Positions 23,742 to 32,000 of a stretch of DNA of 32,000 nucleotides are shown here, in pieces. This DNA is from Granulosicoccaceae sp. 1_MG-2023 (GTDB taxonomy: Bacteria; Pseudomonadota; Gammaproteobacteria; Granulosicoccales; Granulosicoccaceae): NCBI GenBank assembly GCA_030546905.1, contig JAUOPI010000027.1, forward strand, positions 1,677-33,676, written 5' to 3'. Numbering within the stretch: position 1 is the first letter of the stretch; every line of letters starts with the position of its first letter. The notes beneath the pieces are model-generated. The model worked only from the letters and a program-made list of their open reading frames with translations. It had not been told where the DNA came from and did not search any database. The translations under genes were made by a program, and so were the position numbers.

Positions 23742-24311
23742 ATGCCTGCCAATGACGAGGAACTTTCGCAGTTGTTTTCAATGGTGCCGCCCGGGCCGCT
23801 GCGGGTTTTTGCCTACGGCTCGCTGATGTGGCGGCCGGGGTTTGCCTACAGCGCGTGTTGCGATGCCGTGTTGCAGAACTACCGTCGCGCGCTGTGTGTC
23901 TGGTCCTGGCATCACCGGGGCACGCCGCAAGTGCCGGGCTTGGTTTTTGGGCTGGACCGCATTGAAGGCAGCTATTGCCAGGGCTGTCTGTATACCGTAG
24001 CCGATGAGAATCGCATGACGGTCTTGCAGTATTTGCGTGAGCGTGAGCTGATCACCGATGTTTACCAACCCATGTACCTGCCTTTGCAAACCCCGCAGGG
24101 TGAGCTTCACGGGCTGACGTTTGTGGTCCGTCAGGATCACCGCCAGTATGCCGGCGAACCCGATGCGGACACCTGTGCGCGCATTTGTGCCGGCTCGGTC
24201 GGCAACAGCGGTCCCAACCGCGACTACGTCTTGTCGACCGCCGATTATCTGGCCCGTGCCGGGGTGGATGATCCCTGGTTGTTTTCTGTGGCGGAAAAAC
24301 TGCGCGGCTGA
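23742..24311 (+). CDS. chaC: ChaC-family gamma-glutamylcyclotransferase
   Basis: VFAYGSLMWRPGF, then HHRGTPQVPGLVFGLDR..GSYCQGCLYTV..VLQYLRERE matches the ChaC motif order. Confidence 0.85.
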   Translation: MPANDEELSQLFSMVPPGPLRVFAYGSLMWRPGFAYSACCDAVLQNYRRALCVWSWHHRGTPQVPGLVFGLDRIEGSYCQGCLYTVADENRMTVLQYLRERELITDVYQPMYLPLQTPQGELHGLTFVVRQDHRQYAGEPDADTCARICAGSVGNSGPNRDYVLSTADYLARAGVDDPWLFSVAEKLRG

Positions 24312-24627
24312 TCCGCCGCGCCTGTGCCTGGCGCCTCAACAGCCCTGATTCCGGGCGTTTTTAACAGTCCCTGTTGCCGGCGCGCCATCTGACCTTCCAA
24401 TTTCTTTATCCGTTTTTTATCAAGTCCGGTACCTGAGAGCCGCTGTCGGTGCGCCGGCGCTGAGCGCGCCTTGCTAAGTCGGGCAAAGCGTCCCGGTGCA
24501 GGCAAGACAAAGCGCGTATAGCGGGGATAAAAATTCCGCATAGCAAAACATGGTACCGCATATTGATTGGGTATTTTGTAGCTGCTAAGTTCTTCCCAGC
24601 TTTTAACGGAATAACGACGGAACGCCT

Positions 24628-25824
24628 ATGAATATTGATTTTACCGAAGAAGAACTGGCCTTCCGCGAGGAGGTGCGGCAGTTCTTCCGCAACGAAATGC
24701 CGGCTTCGGTGCGCGATAAGGTGGCCCGGGGTTGCTGGCCGGACAGGGAAGATCATGTTGCCTATCAGCAGGCGCTCTATGAAAAAGGCTGGGCAGGCGT
24801 GAACTGGCCGGTCGAATACGGCGGCACCGGCTGGAGCGCGGCTCAGCGCTATATCTTTTACAACGAAGCGGCCGCTGCGGATGCGCCGCGCATTATACCG
24901 TTCGGTCTGGCGATGGTCGGTCCGGTCATTTACACCTTCGGTAATGATGAGCAGAAAGCGCGTTTTCTGCCGGATATTCTGGCCAGTCGCGTCTGGTGGT
25001 GTCAGGGCTATTCTGAGCCCAATGCCGGTTCGGATCTGGCCGGCCTTAAAACCCGCGCAGTGCGCGATGGCGCTCATTACATCGTCAACGGCAGCAAAAC
25101 CTGGACGACACTGGGCCACTATGCGGACTGGATTTTCTGTCTGGTGCGTACAGACGATTCGGGCAAAAAGCAGGAAGGTATCAGCTTTTTGCTGATCGAT
25201 ATGACAAGCCCGGGCGTCACTGTAAAGCCGATTATCACGCTCGACGGACGCCACGAAGTCAATGAAGTCTTTTTCGAAGACGTGCGCGTACCGGTGGAGA
25301 ATCTGGTCGGCGAAGAGGGCAAGGGCTGGACCTATGCCAAGGTGCTGCTGACCCATGAGCGCACTAATATTGCAGGCGTGGCTCCGTCCAAACGGCGTTT
25401 GGCCAGGCTAAAGGCCTTGCTTGCCGATCCGCCGGCCGGTGTGCCGTCTTTGCGTGAAAACGCGGTTTTTATGGCGCGTTTGGTCGAAACCGAAATCGAG
25501 CTGACCTCACTGGAATACACCGAGTTGCGGGTGCTTTCGGCGGTTGCGACCGGTAAGGCGCCGGGGCCGGAGTCGTCGATCCTGAAGATCAAAGGCACGG
25601 AAATTCAACAGGCGCTGGATGAGTTGTGGCTGGAAGCGGCCGGCATTTACGCCATGCCGTTTGTGCCGGAGCAGTATCAGGCCGGTTTTGAGGGCGAATC
25701 CATCGGGCCGCATTTCGCCCCCAGTATGGCGCCGCTGTATTACAACAACCGTAAGGTGACGATTTACGGCGGTACTAACGAGATACAGAAAAACATTATT
25801 GCCAAGCAGGTGCTGGGCTTCTGA
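24628..25824 (+). CDS. Acyl-CoA dehydrogenase (catalytically complete subunit)
   Basis: Motifs are WCQGYSEPNAGSDLAGLKTRAV, WTTLGHYADW and a C-terminal IYGGTNEIQKNIIAKQVLGF. The last carries the canonical G-T-x-E-I-Q catalytic-Glu motif. Confidence 0.9.
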   Translation: MNIDFTEEELAFREEVRQFFRNEMPASVRDKVARGCWPDREDHVAYQQALYEKGWAGVNWPVEYGGTGWSAAQRYIFYNEAAAADAPRIIPFGLAMVGPVIYTFGNDEQKARFLPDILASRVWWCQGYSEPNAGSDLAGLKTRAVRDGAHYIVNGSKTWTTLGHYADWIFCLVRTDDSGKKQEGISFLLIDMTSPGVTVKPIITLDGRHEVNEVFFEDVRVPVENLVGEEGKGWTYAKVLLTHERTNIAGVAPSKRRLARLKALLADPPAGVPSLRENAVFMARLVETEIELTSLEYTELRVLSAVATGKAPGPESSILKIKGTEIQQALDELWLEAAGIYAMPFVPEQYQAGFEGESIGPHFAPSMAPLYYNNRKVTIYGGTNEIQKNIIAKQVLGF

Positions 25825-25834
25825 GGGGACAGAC

Positions 25835-26971
25835 ATGGATTTTTCACTGAACGATATCCAGCAGATGCTGCAGGACTCGGCGTCGCGCTTTGTGCGCAAC
25901 GACTATGGTTTTGCCTCCCGCCGCGCCATTGTCGAATCGGCCGCGGGCTACAGTGCCGCGCATTGGCAAACCTACGCTGAGCTGGGTTGGCTGGCGCTGC
26001 CGTTTCCGGAAGAGGTCGGTGGTATGGGCGGTAGTCTCAGCGACCTGATGGTGCTGCAGACCGAGCTTGGTCGTGGTCTGATTGTCGAGCCCTATCTGGC
26101 GACAGTGGTGATGGCCGGAAATCTGATAAACCGGCACGCGGCGGCCGGGCAGAAACAAGCCTTGCTCGAAGCGCTGATCAGTGGCGAACAGTTGTTCAGC
26201 TTTGCCGGTTTTGAAGCGGCGGCACAGCACGATATCCGCCTTATCAGCACCACGGCCGGCGCCGACGGCGACGGCTACCGCCTCAACGGTCATAAAGCCG
26301 TTGTTATCGGTGCCGGACTCGGCGGAAAGCTGGTCGTGGTGGCGCGCACCGGCGGCCGGCCCGGCGATGCCGGCGGCTTGTCGCTGTTTCTGCTTGATGA
26401 AGACGCCGAAGGGGTGAGCTTGCAAGGCTACACCACAAACGATGGCTTGCGTGCCGCGGATGTGAGGCTGAGCGATGTGCTGGTCGGCCCTGAGGCGCTG
26501 CTCGGCGATGCGGGCACGGCGGCACCGGCGATTAACGCCATGCTCAACGATGCCATTGTGGCACTGTCGGCCGAAGCGGTCGGGGTCATGGAGACCTTGC
26601 TCAGCCGCACGGTTGAATTCTGCAAGGTACGTAAGCAGTTCGGCGTGCCGATCGGCAGCTTTCAGGTCCTGCAGCATCGTATGGCCGATATGTTTATGGA
26701 ATGCGAACAGGCCAGGTCCATGTTGTATTACGCGACCATTGCGGTGGCCGGGGGCTGCGATGCTGATGTGGCCGCGTCACGGCTCAAGGTGCGTATCGGC
26801 AAGGCCGCCCGCCTGGTCGGGCAGCAGGCAATACAACTGCACGGCGGCATGGGGGTGACTGATGAGCTGGATGTGGGGCACTACTTCAAACGCCTGACAA
26901 TGATAAATACGCAGCTGGGATCGCGGGATGCGCATCTGCACCGCCTGGTACAGCTGCAGTCGGTCGCCTGA
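25835..26971 (+). CDS. Acyl-CoA dehydrogenase family protein lacking the C-terminal catalytic-Glu motif
   Basis: The track ORF is 25799..26971. ATG 25835 lies 10 nt after the upstream stop. The ACAD fold pattern is present (VRKQFGVPIGSFQVLQHRMADM, QLHGGMGVTDE), but the region equivalent to Y-x-G-T-x-E-I-Q reads RLTMINTQLGSRD. Confidence 0.86.
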   Translation: MDFSLNDIQQMLQDSASRFVRNDYGFASRRAIVESAAGYSAAHWQTYAELGWLALPFPEEVGGMGGSLSDLMVLQTELGRGLIVEPYLATVVMAGNLINRHAAAGQKQALLEALISGEQLFSFAGFEAAAQHDIRLISTTAGADGDGYRLNGHKAVVIGAGLGGKLVVVARTGGRPGDAGGLSLFLLDEDAEGVSLQGYTTNDGLRAADVRLSDVLVGPEALLGDAGTAAPAINAMLNDAIVALSAEAVGVMETLLSRTVEFCKVRKQFGVPIGSFQVLQHRMADMFMECEQARSMLYYATIAVAGGCDADVAASRLKVRIGKAARLVGQQAIQLHGGMGVTDELDVGHYFKRLTMINTQLGSRDAHLHRLVQLQSVA

Positions 26972-27018
26972 GCCTGCCGGTCGGTGGTGAACCGGCGCTA
27001 AACGAAATGTGTGTGTGG

Positions 27019-27050
27019 AGTGCAGGTCTGTGTGGGATTTGCACTTTTTT
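27019..27050 (+). terminator. Candidate intrinsic terminator after the ACAD pair
   Basis: AGTGCA (27019-24), a 15-nt loop, TGCACT (27040-45), then TTTTT to 27050. The stem is short (6 bp). Confidence 0.35.
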
Positions 27051-27051
27051 A

Positions 27052-27104
27052 GACGGTCTGTGTCAACGCTGAAACTCGCTCCGGCGTGCGCAGACCGTTT
27101 TTTT
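27052..27104 (+). terminator. Second candidate intrinsic terminator
   Basis: ACGGTCTG(tg) 27053-62 pairs with (cg)CAGACCGT 27089-98 and is followed by TTTTTT to 27104. The loop is long (about 26 nt). Confidence 0.4.
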
Positions 27105-27237
27105 CGTTTGCCGGCATGCTGCTGACTTCTTCTTACCGCGCAGTCTGCGTAAACTGTATCGCGAAGGCAGGGCCGCAAAGGCGCTGCCGGCGAGCTATCA
27201 AAATGACCGGCAGCCAGGCCGGCGCGGAGGAAAACCT

Positions 27238-28005
27238 ATGACCGAAAACGCACTTGTGCAGATGAACCGTGAAGGCAATGTGATGTTGCTGACCATGAAC
27301 CGGCCGGAGCGCAAAAATGCCCTGAACGGGGAAATGTATGCGGCCCTGGCCGCAGCGATTGAACAGGCCGATCAGGATGCGGCGGTGCGTGCGATCGTGA
27401 TCACCGGCAGCGGTGATGCTTTTTCGGCCGGCAACGATCTGGCCGACTTTGAAAAAACCGGTGAAGTGGCGGTCTCGCCCGGCGCGGCCTTTGTGCGCAC
27501 CTTGTTGCACGCGAAAACGCCGTTGCTGGCGGCGGTGAACGGCATGGCGGTGGGCATAGGCGTGACCATGCTGGCGCACTGTGATCTGGTCTACGTGGCG
27601 GAATCGGCCCGTTTGCGTCTGCCGTTTACTGCCCTCGGGGTGGTGCCGGAAGCCGGGTCAAGCATGTTGTTGCCGGCGATTGTCGGTCATCGCCGCGCCG
27701 CTGAGCTGTTGCTGCTCGGCGAGTTTTTCACCGCCCCTGAAGCCGTTGAAATGGGTCTGGCCAACGCCGCCTGCGCGGATGATCAGGTGCTTGCCCAGAC
27801 CCTGCAGGCGGCTGCCAAACTGGCCTCGCTGCCGGCCGGCGCGGTAAGCGAGACGCGCCGCATGCTGAAGGAAAACTTCGGCGCCGCTCTCGAAGCCCGT
27901 GTCGAGGAAGAGTTCAGTGTCTTCGCGCGTTTGCTGCACAGTGACGATGCGGCCGAGGCACGTGCGGCCTTTCGCGAGAAACGTCTGCCAGTCTTCAATC
28001 AGTAA
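27238..28005 (+). CDS. Enoyl-CoA hydratase/isomerase (crotonase family)
   Basis: GGAGGAAAACCT precedes the ATG. Motifs: VITGSGDAFSAGNDLADF, AAVNGMAVGIGVTMLAHCDLVYVAESARLRLPFTALGVVPEAGSS. Confidence 0.9.
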   Translation: MTENALVQMNREGNVMLLTMNRPERKNALNGEMYAALAAAIEQADQDAAVRAIVITGSGDAFSAGNDLADFEKTGEVAVSPGAAFVRTLLHAKTPLLAAVNGMAVGIGVTMLAHCDLVYVAESARLRLPFTALGVVPEAGSSMLLPAIVGHRRAAELLLLGEFFTAPEAVEMGLANAACADDQVLAQTLQAAAKLASLPAGAVSETRRMLKENFGAALEARVEEEFSVFARLLHSDDAAEARAAFREKRLPVFNQ

Positions 28006-28074
28006 TGCGGCCCTGCCGGCCACAGCCGCCTGTTTGCGGCTGCGCGCCGGCGCCTCAGCCGGATGCGGTGCTGT

Positions 28075-28125
28075 CCCTGTCTGTGTTATAACTCATTGTG
28101 TTTTAGCGCATTTTATGACACAGGG
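28075..28125. promoter_or_regulatory. AT-rich imperfect inverted repeat upstream of the IclR gene (candidate promoter/operator)
   Basis: CCCTGTctGTGTTATAA (28075-91) ... TTATGACACAGGG (28113-25). The direct repeat TGTGTTATAAC/TGTGTTTTAGC lies between them. This is the only AT-rich patch in the intergenic region. Confidence 0.3.
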
Positions 28126-28235
28126 AATCGGCAGGCGGGCGCGTCTGTGTGTCAGGCGGGCGTTCGTGCCGGCTGGAGAAACAACCCGGTCGCAAAATGG
28201 AACGCCGCATTCATTAACACTGAAGACCACTGCAG

Positions 28236-29033
28236 ATGACTGATATTATTGATTTGCCGCGCAAGAAAAGCGCGGAGAAAGACCGGAAATTCGTCGAGGC
28301 GCTGGCGCGTGGATTGGATGTGTTGCGCGCCTTTGGTCAGCAGGGCGGCGGCGTTCTGGGGAATCAGGATCTGGCCCGCATCACCGGCTTGCCCAAGCCG
28401 ACCATCTCGCGCATGACCTATACGCTGACCAAACTCGGCTATCTGGCCTATTCCACGCAGCTGGAAAAATACCAGCTCGATGCCGGTGTGCTGGCGCTGG
28501 GCTATGCCTACACCTCCAATCTGCATGCGCGGCAGATCGCCAAGCCCTATATGGAAAAGCTGGCGCAGCGCACCGGTGTCTCGGTCGGCCTGACCATCCG
28601 CGAGCGCATGTCGATGATCTATGTGGAAAACTGCCGTGGCGATGATGCCCAGGCTTTACGCATGGACGTGGGGTCGCGCCTGCCGATTATCACCTCGGCG
28701 GCCGGTCGCGCCTTTCTGGCGGGGCTGCCGCAGAGCGAGCGCGAGGTGGTGCTGTCGGTGGTCGAAGAGGTCGCCGGGGAACACTGGCCGGCCATGAAGG
28801 CAGGTTATGACGCGGCCATGCGCGATTATGAAGACAAGGGCTTTTGCACCTCGCTCGGCGATTGGGACCGCACCGTCAATGCGGTCGGTGTGCCGCTGAC
28901 ACTGCAGGACGGGCGTGTGATGGCGCTGAACTGCGGCGGACCGGCCTATCTGGTCTCAAAGGAGACCGCGCTGGAATCGCTGGGACCACAACTGATCCAC
29001 GTGGCCAAAGACATACTCGCCAGCGGTGTGTAA
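28236..29033 (+). CDS. IclR-family transcriptional regulator
   Basis: An N-terminal wHTH (RGLDVLRAF..LGNQDLARITGLPKPTISRMTYTLTKLGYL) is followed by a C-terminal IclR effector domain (PIITSAAGRAFLAGL). Confidence 0.9.
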   Translation: MTDIIDLPRKKSAEKDRKFVEALARGLDVLRAFGQQGGGVLGNQDLARITGLPKPTISRMTYTLTKLGYLAYSTQLEKYQLDAGVLALGYAYTSNLHARQIAKPYMEKLAQRTGVSVGLTIRERMSMIYVENCRGDDAQALRMDVGSRLPIITSAAGRAFLAGLPQSEREVVLSVVEEVAGEHWPAMKAGYDAAMRDYEDKGFCTSLGDWDRTVNAVGVPLTLQDGRVMALNCGGPAYLVSKETALESLGPQLIHVAKDILASGV

Positions 29034-29062
29034 ACCCGCGCCGGCGGCCAAATTAAGTCAAA

Positions 29063-29095
29063 CCGGACAGGTCCCCGGCCTGTCCGGTTTTTTTT
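29063..29095 (+). terminator. Rho-independent terminator between convergent iclR-type and gcdH genes
   Basis: CCGGACAGG (29063-71), a 7-nt loop, CCTGTCCGG (29079-87), then T8 (29088-95). AAA on the 5' side gives weak bidirectional potential. Confidence 0.8.
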
Positions 29096-29112
29096 GTCCT
29101 GAGCGCGGTGCC

Positions 29113-30288
29113 TCAGAAAAAGGCCTGCAGGCCGGTCTGGGCCCGGCCCAGAATCAGCGCATGCACGTCGTGGGTGCCTTCGTAGGTGTTGACCGCCTCC
29201 AGATTCATCACATGACGGATGACGTGATATTCGTCGCTGATGCCGTTGCCGCCGTGCATATCCCGCGCAACCCGCGCGATATCCAGAGCTTTGCCGCAGT
29301 TGTTGCGTTTCATCAGCGAGATGAGTTCCACCGGACAATTGTTGTCGTCGATCATGCGCGCCAGGCGCAGACAGCCCTGCAGGCCGAGGGCGATTTCGGT
29401 CTGCATATCAGCGAGTTTTTTCTGCACCAGCTGGGTGGCGGCCAGCGGGCGGCCGAACTGCTGGCGTTCGAGGGTATAGTTGCGCGCCTGTTGCCAGCAG
29501 AACTCGGCCGCGCCCATGGCGCCCCAGGCGATGCCGAAGCGGGCTTTGTTGAGGCAGCCGAAGGGGCCTTTCAGACCCGTGACCCCGGGCAGCAGGTTTT
29601 CTTCGGGGACGAAGACGTCGTTCATGCCGATATCGCCGGTGATCGAGGCGCGCAGTGAGAACTTGCCCTCGATTTTGCTGGCGCTCAGTCCGGGCATGCC
29701 GCGTTCGAGGATAAAGCCGCGGATCACATCGTCGAGTTTGGCCCAGACCACCATCACATCGGCGATGGGGCTGTTGGTGATCCACATCTTGCTGCCGTTG
29801 AGTACATAACCGCCGTCGCTGGCCACGGCGCGGGTTTTCATGCTGGCCGGGTCCGAGCCGGCATCCGGTTCGGTCAGGCCGAAGCAGCCGACCCATTCAC
29901 CACTGGCCAGACGCGGCAGGTATTTCATGCGTTGTTCTTCGCTGCCGTAGGCGTAAATCGGATGCATCACCAGCGACGATTGCACGCTTAGCGCTGAGCG
30001 GTAACCGGAGTCCACGCGCTCGACCTCACGGGCAATCAGGCCGTAGCTGACATGGTTGACGCCGGCGCCGCCGTATTGCTCAGGCAGGGTGGCGCCGAGC
30101 AGGCCGGTTTCGCCGAACTCGTTCATGATCTCGCGGTGGAAATGTTCCCGGCGGTTGGCTTCCTGCACACGCGGCATCAGTTTGCTTTGGCAGTGCTCGC
30201 GCGCGGTGGCGGCGATCATGCGCTCTTCTTCGCTGAGTTGTTCGTCAAGCCGGAACGGGTCCTGCCAGTCAAATGCCACTTTGCTCAT
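29113..30288 (-). CDS. gcdH: Glutaryl-CoA dehydrogenase
   Basis: [25 protein letters not shown].., [21 protein letters not shown], and [24 protein letters not shown] at the C-terminus give a GcdH-type pattern. Confidence 0.92.
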   Translation of the reverse strand: MSKVAFDWQDPFRLDEQLSEEERMIAATAREHCQSKLMPRVQEANRREHFHREIMNEFGETGLLGATLPEQYGGAGVNHVSYGLIAREVERVDSGYRSALSVQSSLVMHPIYAYGSEEQRMKYLPRLASGEWVGCFGLTEPDAGSDPASMKTRAVASDGGYVLNGSKMWITNSPIADVMVVWAKLDDVIRGFILERGMPGLSASKIEGKFSLRASITGDIGMNDVFVPEENLLPGVTGLKGPFGCLNKARFGIAWGAMGAAEFCWQQARNYTLERQQFGRPLAATQLVQKKLADMQTEIALGLQGCLRLARMIDDNNCPVELISLMKRNNCGKALDIARVARDMHGGNGISDEYHVIRHVMNLEAVNTYEGTHDVHALILGRAQTGLQAFF

Positions 30289-30319
30289 GCGGGTTTCCTC
30301 ACGTCATTTTGTTGGATGT

Positions 30320-30344
30320 TGTCATGACATCACTGTAGCCAGTG
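30320..30344. promoter_or_regulatory. Two short palindromes in the gcdH / LysR divergent intergenic region (candidate regulator sites)
   Basis: TGTCATGACA (30320-29) and CACTG tagc CAGTG (30331-44). Confidence 0.3.
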
Positions 30345-30425
30345 GCGGGTGGATAAGTAAAATAGCTGAAAACGATATTTTTCATCACATTTGTTGATGG
30401 CTGTGCGCAGCGGAGTGCTAAGGCA

Positions 30426-31307
30426 ATGAATTTCAAGCGGTTGCAGTACTTTGTGTGTCTGGCGCAGACCGGCAATTTCACCCGCGCTGCGGCCACGCTG
30501 GGCATAGCGCAGTCGGCCCTGAGCATGGCGATCCGGCGGCTGGAAGAGGAAACCGGGCTGTATCTGGTCAACCGCGCCGAGCGGCGCGTCAGTCTGACCG
30601 CTGACGGCGAGGCCTTGTTTGCCCATGCCGAACGGATACTCGCCTCGGTCGGTGAAGCACAGAAAGCCCTCGCGGAAAGACGCGATCTGGACAGCGGTCT
30701 GGTTTGCTTCGGTGCTTCGAGCATGATCAGCTCCTATCTGCTGCCGCCGGTGCTGACGGCCTTCAAGCAGCGTTATCCAGGCATCAGTGTCAGGCTGGTG
30801 GAAGCCGGCACGGACACGCTGTCACAGATGTTGATCGACGGTGAGCTGGAACTGGCCCTGGTGCGTGCCGATCAGCTGCACGAGCAGCTGCGCTGTCAGC
30901 CGCTGTTTGTCGAAGAGGTGGTGGCTTGTTTGCCGGCCTCGCACCGGCTTGCGGCCAAGCCGCACCTGGCGGTCGGGGAATTCTGTGCCGAGCCGCTGGT
31001 GTTGACGCGTGAGGGGTATTTCCTGCGTGAAGCGCTCAAGGGAAGACTGGCGCCGGATGCGGTGCTGGACGTGCGCTTTGAAACCAATCTGACCGAGTTG
31101 ATGAAAAAGTTGGTGCTCGCCGGGGTTGGCATCAGTACCTGTCTGCCGATGATTGTGCGCGATGAGCCCGGCTTGGTGGCGCGTTCCTTCTCACCGCCGA
31201 TTCCCTTGCCCATGGGGCTGGGTCGCAAGCGTAATCACCATTTGTCGCGTGCCGCTGCAACCTTCAGCCGCTTTCTCGAAGAACAGGTGCCGGGGCTGTA
31301 TCCCTAA
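30426..31307 (+). CDS. LysR-family transcriptional regulator (GcdR-like by position, divergent from gcdH)
   Basis: MNFKRLQYFVCLAQTGNFTRAAATLGIAQSALSMAIRRLEEETGLYLVNR is a LysR wHTH, followed by a LysR substrate-binding domain. Confidence 0.88.
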   Translation: MNFKRLQYFVCLAQTGNFTRAAATLGIAQSALSMAIRRLEEETGLYLVNRAERRVSLTADGEALFAHAERILASVGEAQKALAERRDLDSGLVCFGASSMISSYLLPPVLTAFKQRYPGISVRLVEAGTDTLSQMLIDGELELALVRADQLHEQLRCQPLFVEEVVACLPASHRLAAKPHLAVGEFCAEPLVLTREGYFLREALKGRLAPDAVLDVRFETNLTELMKKLVLAGVGISTCLPMIVRDEPGLVARSFSPPIPLPMGLGRKRNHHLSRAAATFSRFLEEQVPGLYP

Positions 31308-31323
31308 GCCGTAAACGGCGCGT

Positions 31324-32000
31324 TCAGGCAAATACGGGCGGCACCGGCCGCCTGAAATCCAGACAGGCCTCAAGCTGCGCTGCCGCCGCCAGCAGGCGGT
31401 GTTCCTGATGGCCGCGGGCCATCAGTTGCAGTCCCAGTGGCTGACCTTCGTCGTCGAAACCGCAGGGCAGGGTCAGGGCGCAGAAGCCGCAGATATTGGC
31501 CACCACGGTGTTCTGCAGCAATGCGCCGCTGGCGCTGGCCTGGGCGGCATTGTTGTGAAGTTCGCTCAGGAGCGGCGCGCTGCGGGTTGTGGTCGGGCTC
31601 AGCATGATGGCGTCTTCGTCCAGGCGGCGGCCGGCGTAGTCCTGTATGGCAGTGAGTTGTTTCATGCGGTTGAGGTAGTCAACCGCGCTGACGCGCTCGC
31701 CTTCGCTGATCAGCACATCGGTGCGTGGACCGAGTTCGTGGCGCCAGGAGGGGATCTCCGAAGCGATAAACGCGGCGCATTCGATGGCAGCCGTGTTCGG
31801 GCCTTCCCGCAGCAGGGTGCGGATCTGGCGGAACAGGCCGTGCGCGCAATCCGTTACCTCGATCCCTGCGCGTTTGATGGTGTCGATTACCGCGAAAAAC
31901 GCCTGATGCAGCGGTTCGGCCAGCGTTTCGGTGCTGCTGCTATCGGCCAGCACAAAACGCCAGGAGCCGGTTTCTGCCGGTGCCGGATGCGGGTCCAGGG
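31324..32000 (-). CDS. Amidase-signature family amidase, 5' end beyond the window
   Basis: The track ORF is 31324..31953 (GTG). The frame stays open upstream to the window end (..LDPHPAPAETGSWRFVLADSSS..). The C-terminal pattern is NICGFCALTLPCGFDDEGQPLGLQLMARGHQEHRLLAAAAQLE. Confidence 0.8.
   Translation of the reverse strand, partial: LDPHPAPAETGSWRFVLADSSSTETLAEPLHQAFFAVIDTIKRAGIEVTDCAHGLFRQIRTLLREGPNTAAIECAAFIASEIPSWRHELGPRTDVLISEGERVSAVDYLNRMKQLTAIQDYAGRRLDEDAIMLSPTTTRSAPLLSELHNNAAQASASGALLQNTVVANICGFCALTLPCGFDDEGQPLGLQLMARGHQEHRLLAAAAQLEACLDFRRPVPPVFA

Noticed and set aside
24406-25356. Long antisense ORFs in the track. Examples: 24406..25356 (316 aa), 16943..17824, 25844..26677, 10907..11518, 13500..14156, 18364..19179, 2838..3407, 3643..4170, 4210..4836, 12536..13222, 20727..21212, 21984..22499.
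   Set aside because: Each lies opposite a gene with unmistakable family motifs. Their translations are Arg/Ala/Gly/Pro-rich low-complexity strings, typical of open antisense frames in GC-rich DNA. None has an RBS or motif.
28023-28042. A CAGCCGC ctgttt GCGGCTG hairpin after the crotonase gene as a terminator. A similar case is CCCGCC aatcc GGCGGG (11561-11577, minus strand) after the phosphoesterase gene.
   Set aside because: The stems are short and no T-tract follows. This is insufficient to call an intrinsic terminator.
1-32000. CRISPR arrays, tRNA/rRNA genes, IS elements, reverse transcriptase or retron/DGR components.
   Set aside because: I saw no regularly spaced direct repeats, no cloverleaf-sized conserved T-loop (GTTCRA) segments in intergenic DNA, and no transposase, integrase or RT motifs in any frame of the track. 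Small tRNAs cannot be formally excluded without tRNAscan-SE.

Overview
A 32-kb GC-rich proteobacterial chromosomal window whose gene content looks gammaproteobacterial, with about 36 protein-coding genes. I recognised no rRNA, tRNA, CRISPR array, transposase or integrase by eye. All family calls come from motif recognition by eye, not from searches.

(A) 0.5-9.6 kb: a mosaic, patchily AT-richer accessory segment.
- It lies between an edge-truncated thermonuclease lipoprotein gene (1-534, missing from the ORF track) and a CDF metal exporter.
- An orphan HExxH metallopeptidase (ImmA/IrrE- or ArdC-like) sits directly upstream of a small membrane protein.
- Two GT4 glycosyltransferases plus a hexapeptide O-acetyltransferase converge on a Maf/DUF115-type glycosyltransferase, which is translationally coupled to an unknown 89-aa protein.
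- Two integron-type attC sites bracket a reverse-oriented ccdAB toxin-antitoxin cassette.
- Fragmentary cassette-like genes follow (CPBP-like fragment, DUF3592, YHYH fragment).

(B) 9.6-32 kb: dense core DNA.
- purU.
- A btaA-btaB-PlcP-like operon (DGTS betaine-lipid synthesis and phospholipid remodelling).
- A divergent, fully translationally coupled four-gene operon of unknown function: DUF1284, acyl-AMP ligase, a thiolase-like protein with a degenerate active site, and a MaoC hotdog protein.
- A cytoplasmic MCP with a C-terminal sensor domain, a Bax-like glucosaminidase, a GNAT, a PQQ sugar dehydrogenase, a TPR protein and chaC.
- An acyl-CoA dehydrogenase pair plus crotonase plus IclR regulator, gcdH with a divergent LysR regulator, and an edge-truncated amidase.

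The best candidates for something undescribed are the DUF1284 operon, the metallopeptidase plus membrane-protein pair, and the Maf plus 89-aa pair. The best-supported unusual structure is the integrase-less attC/ccdAB cassette array.
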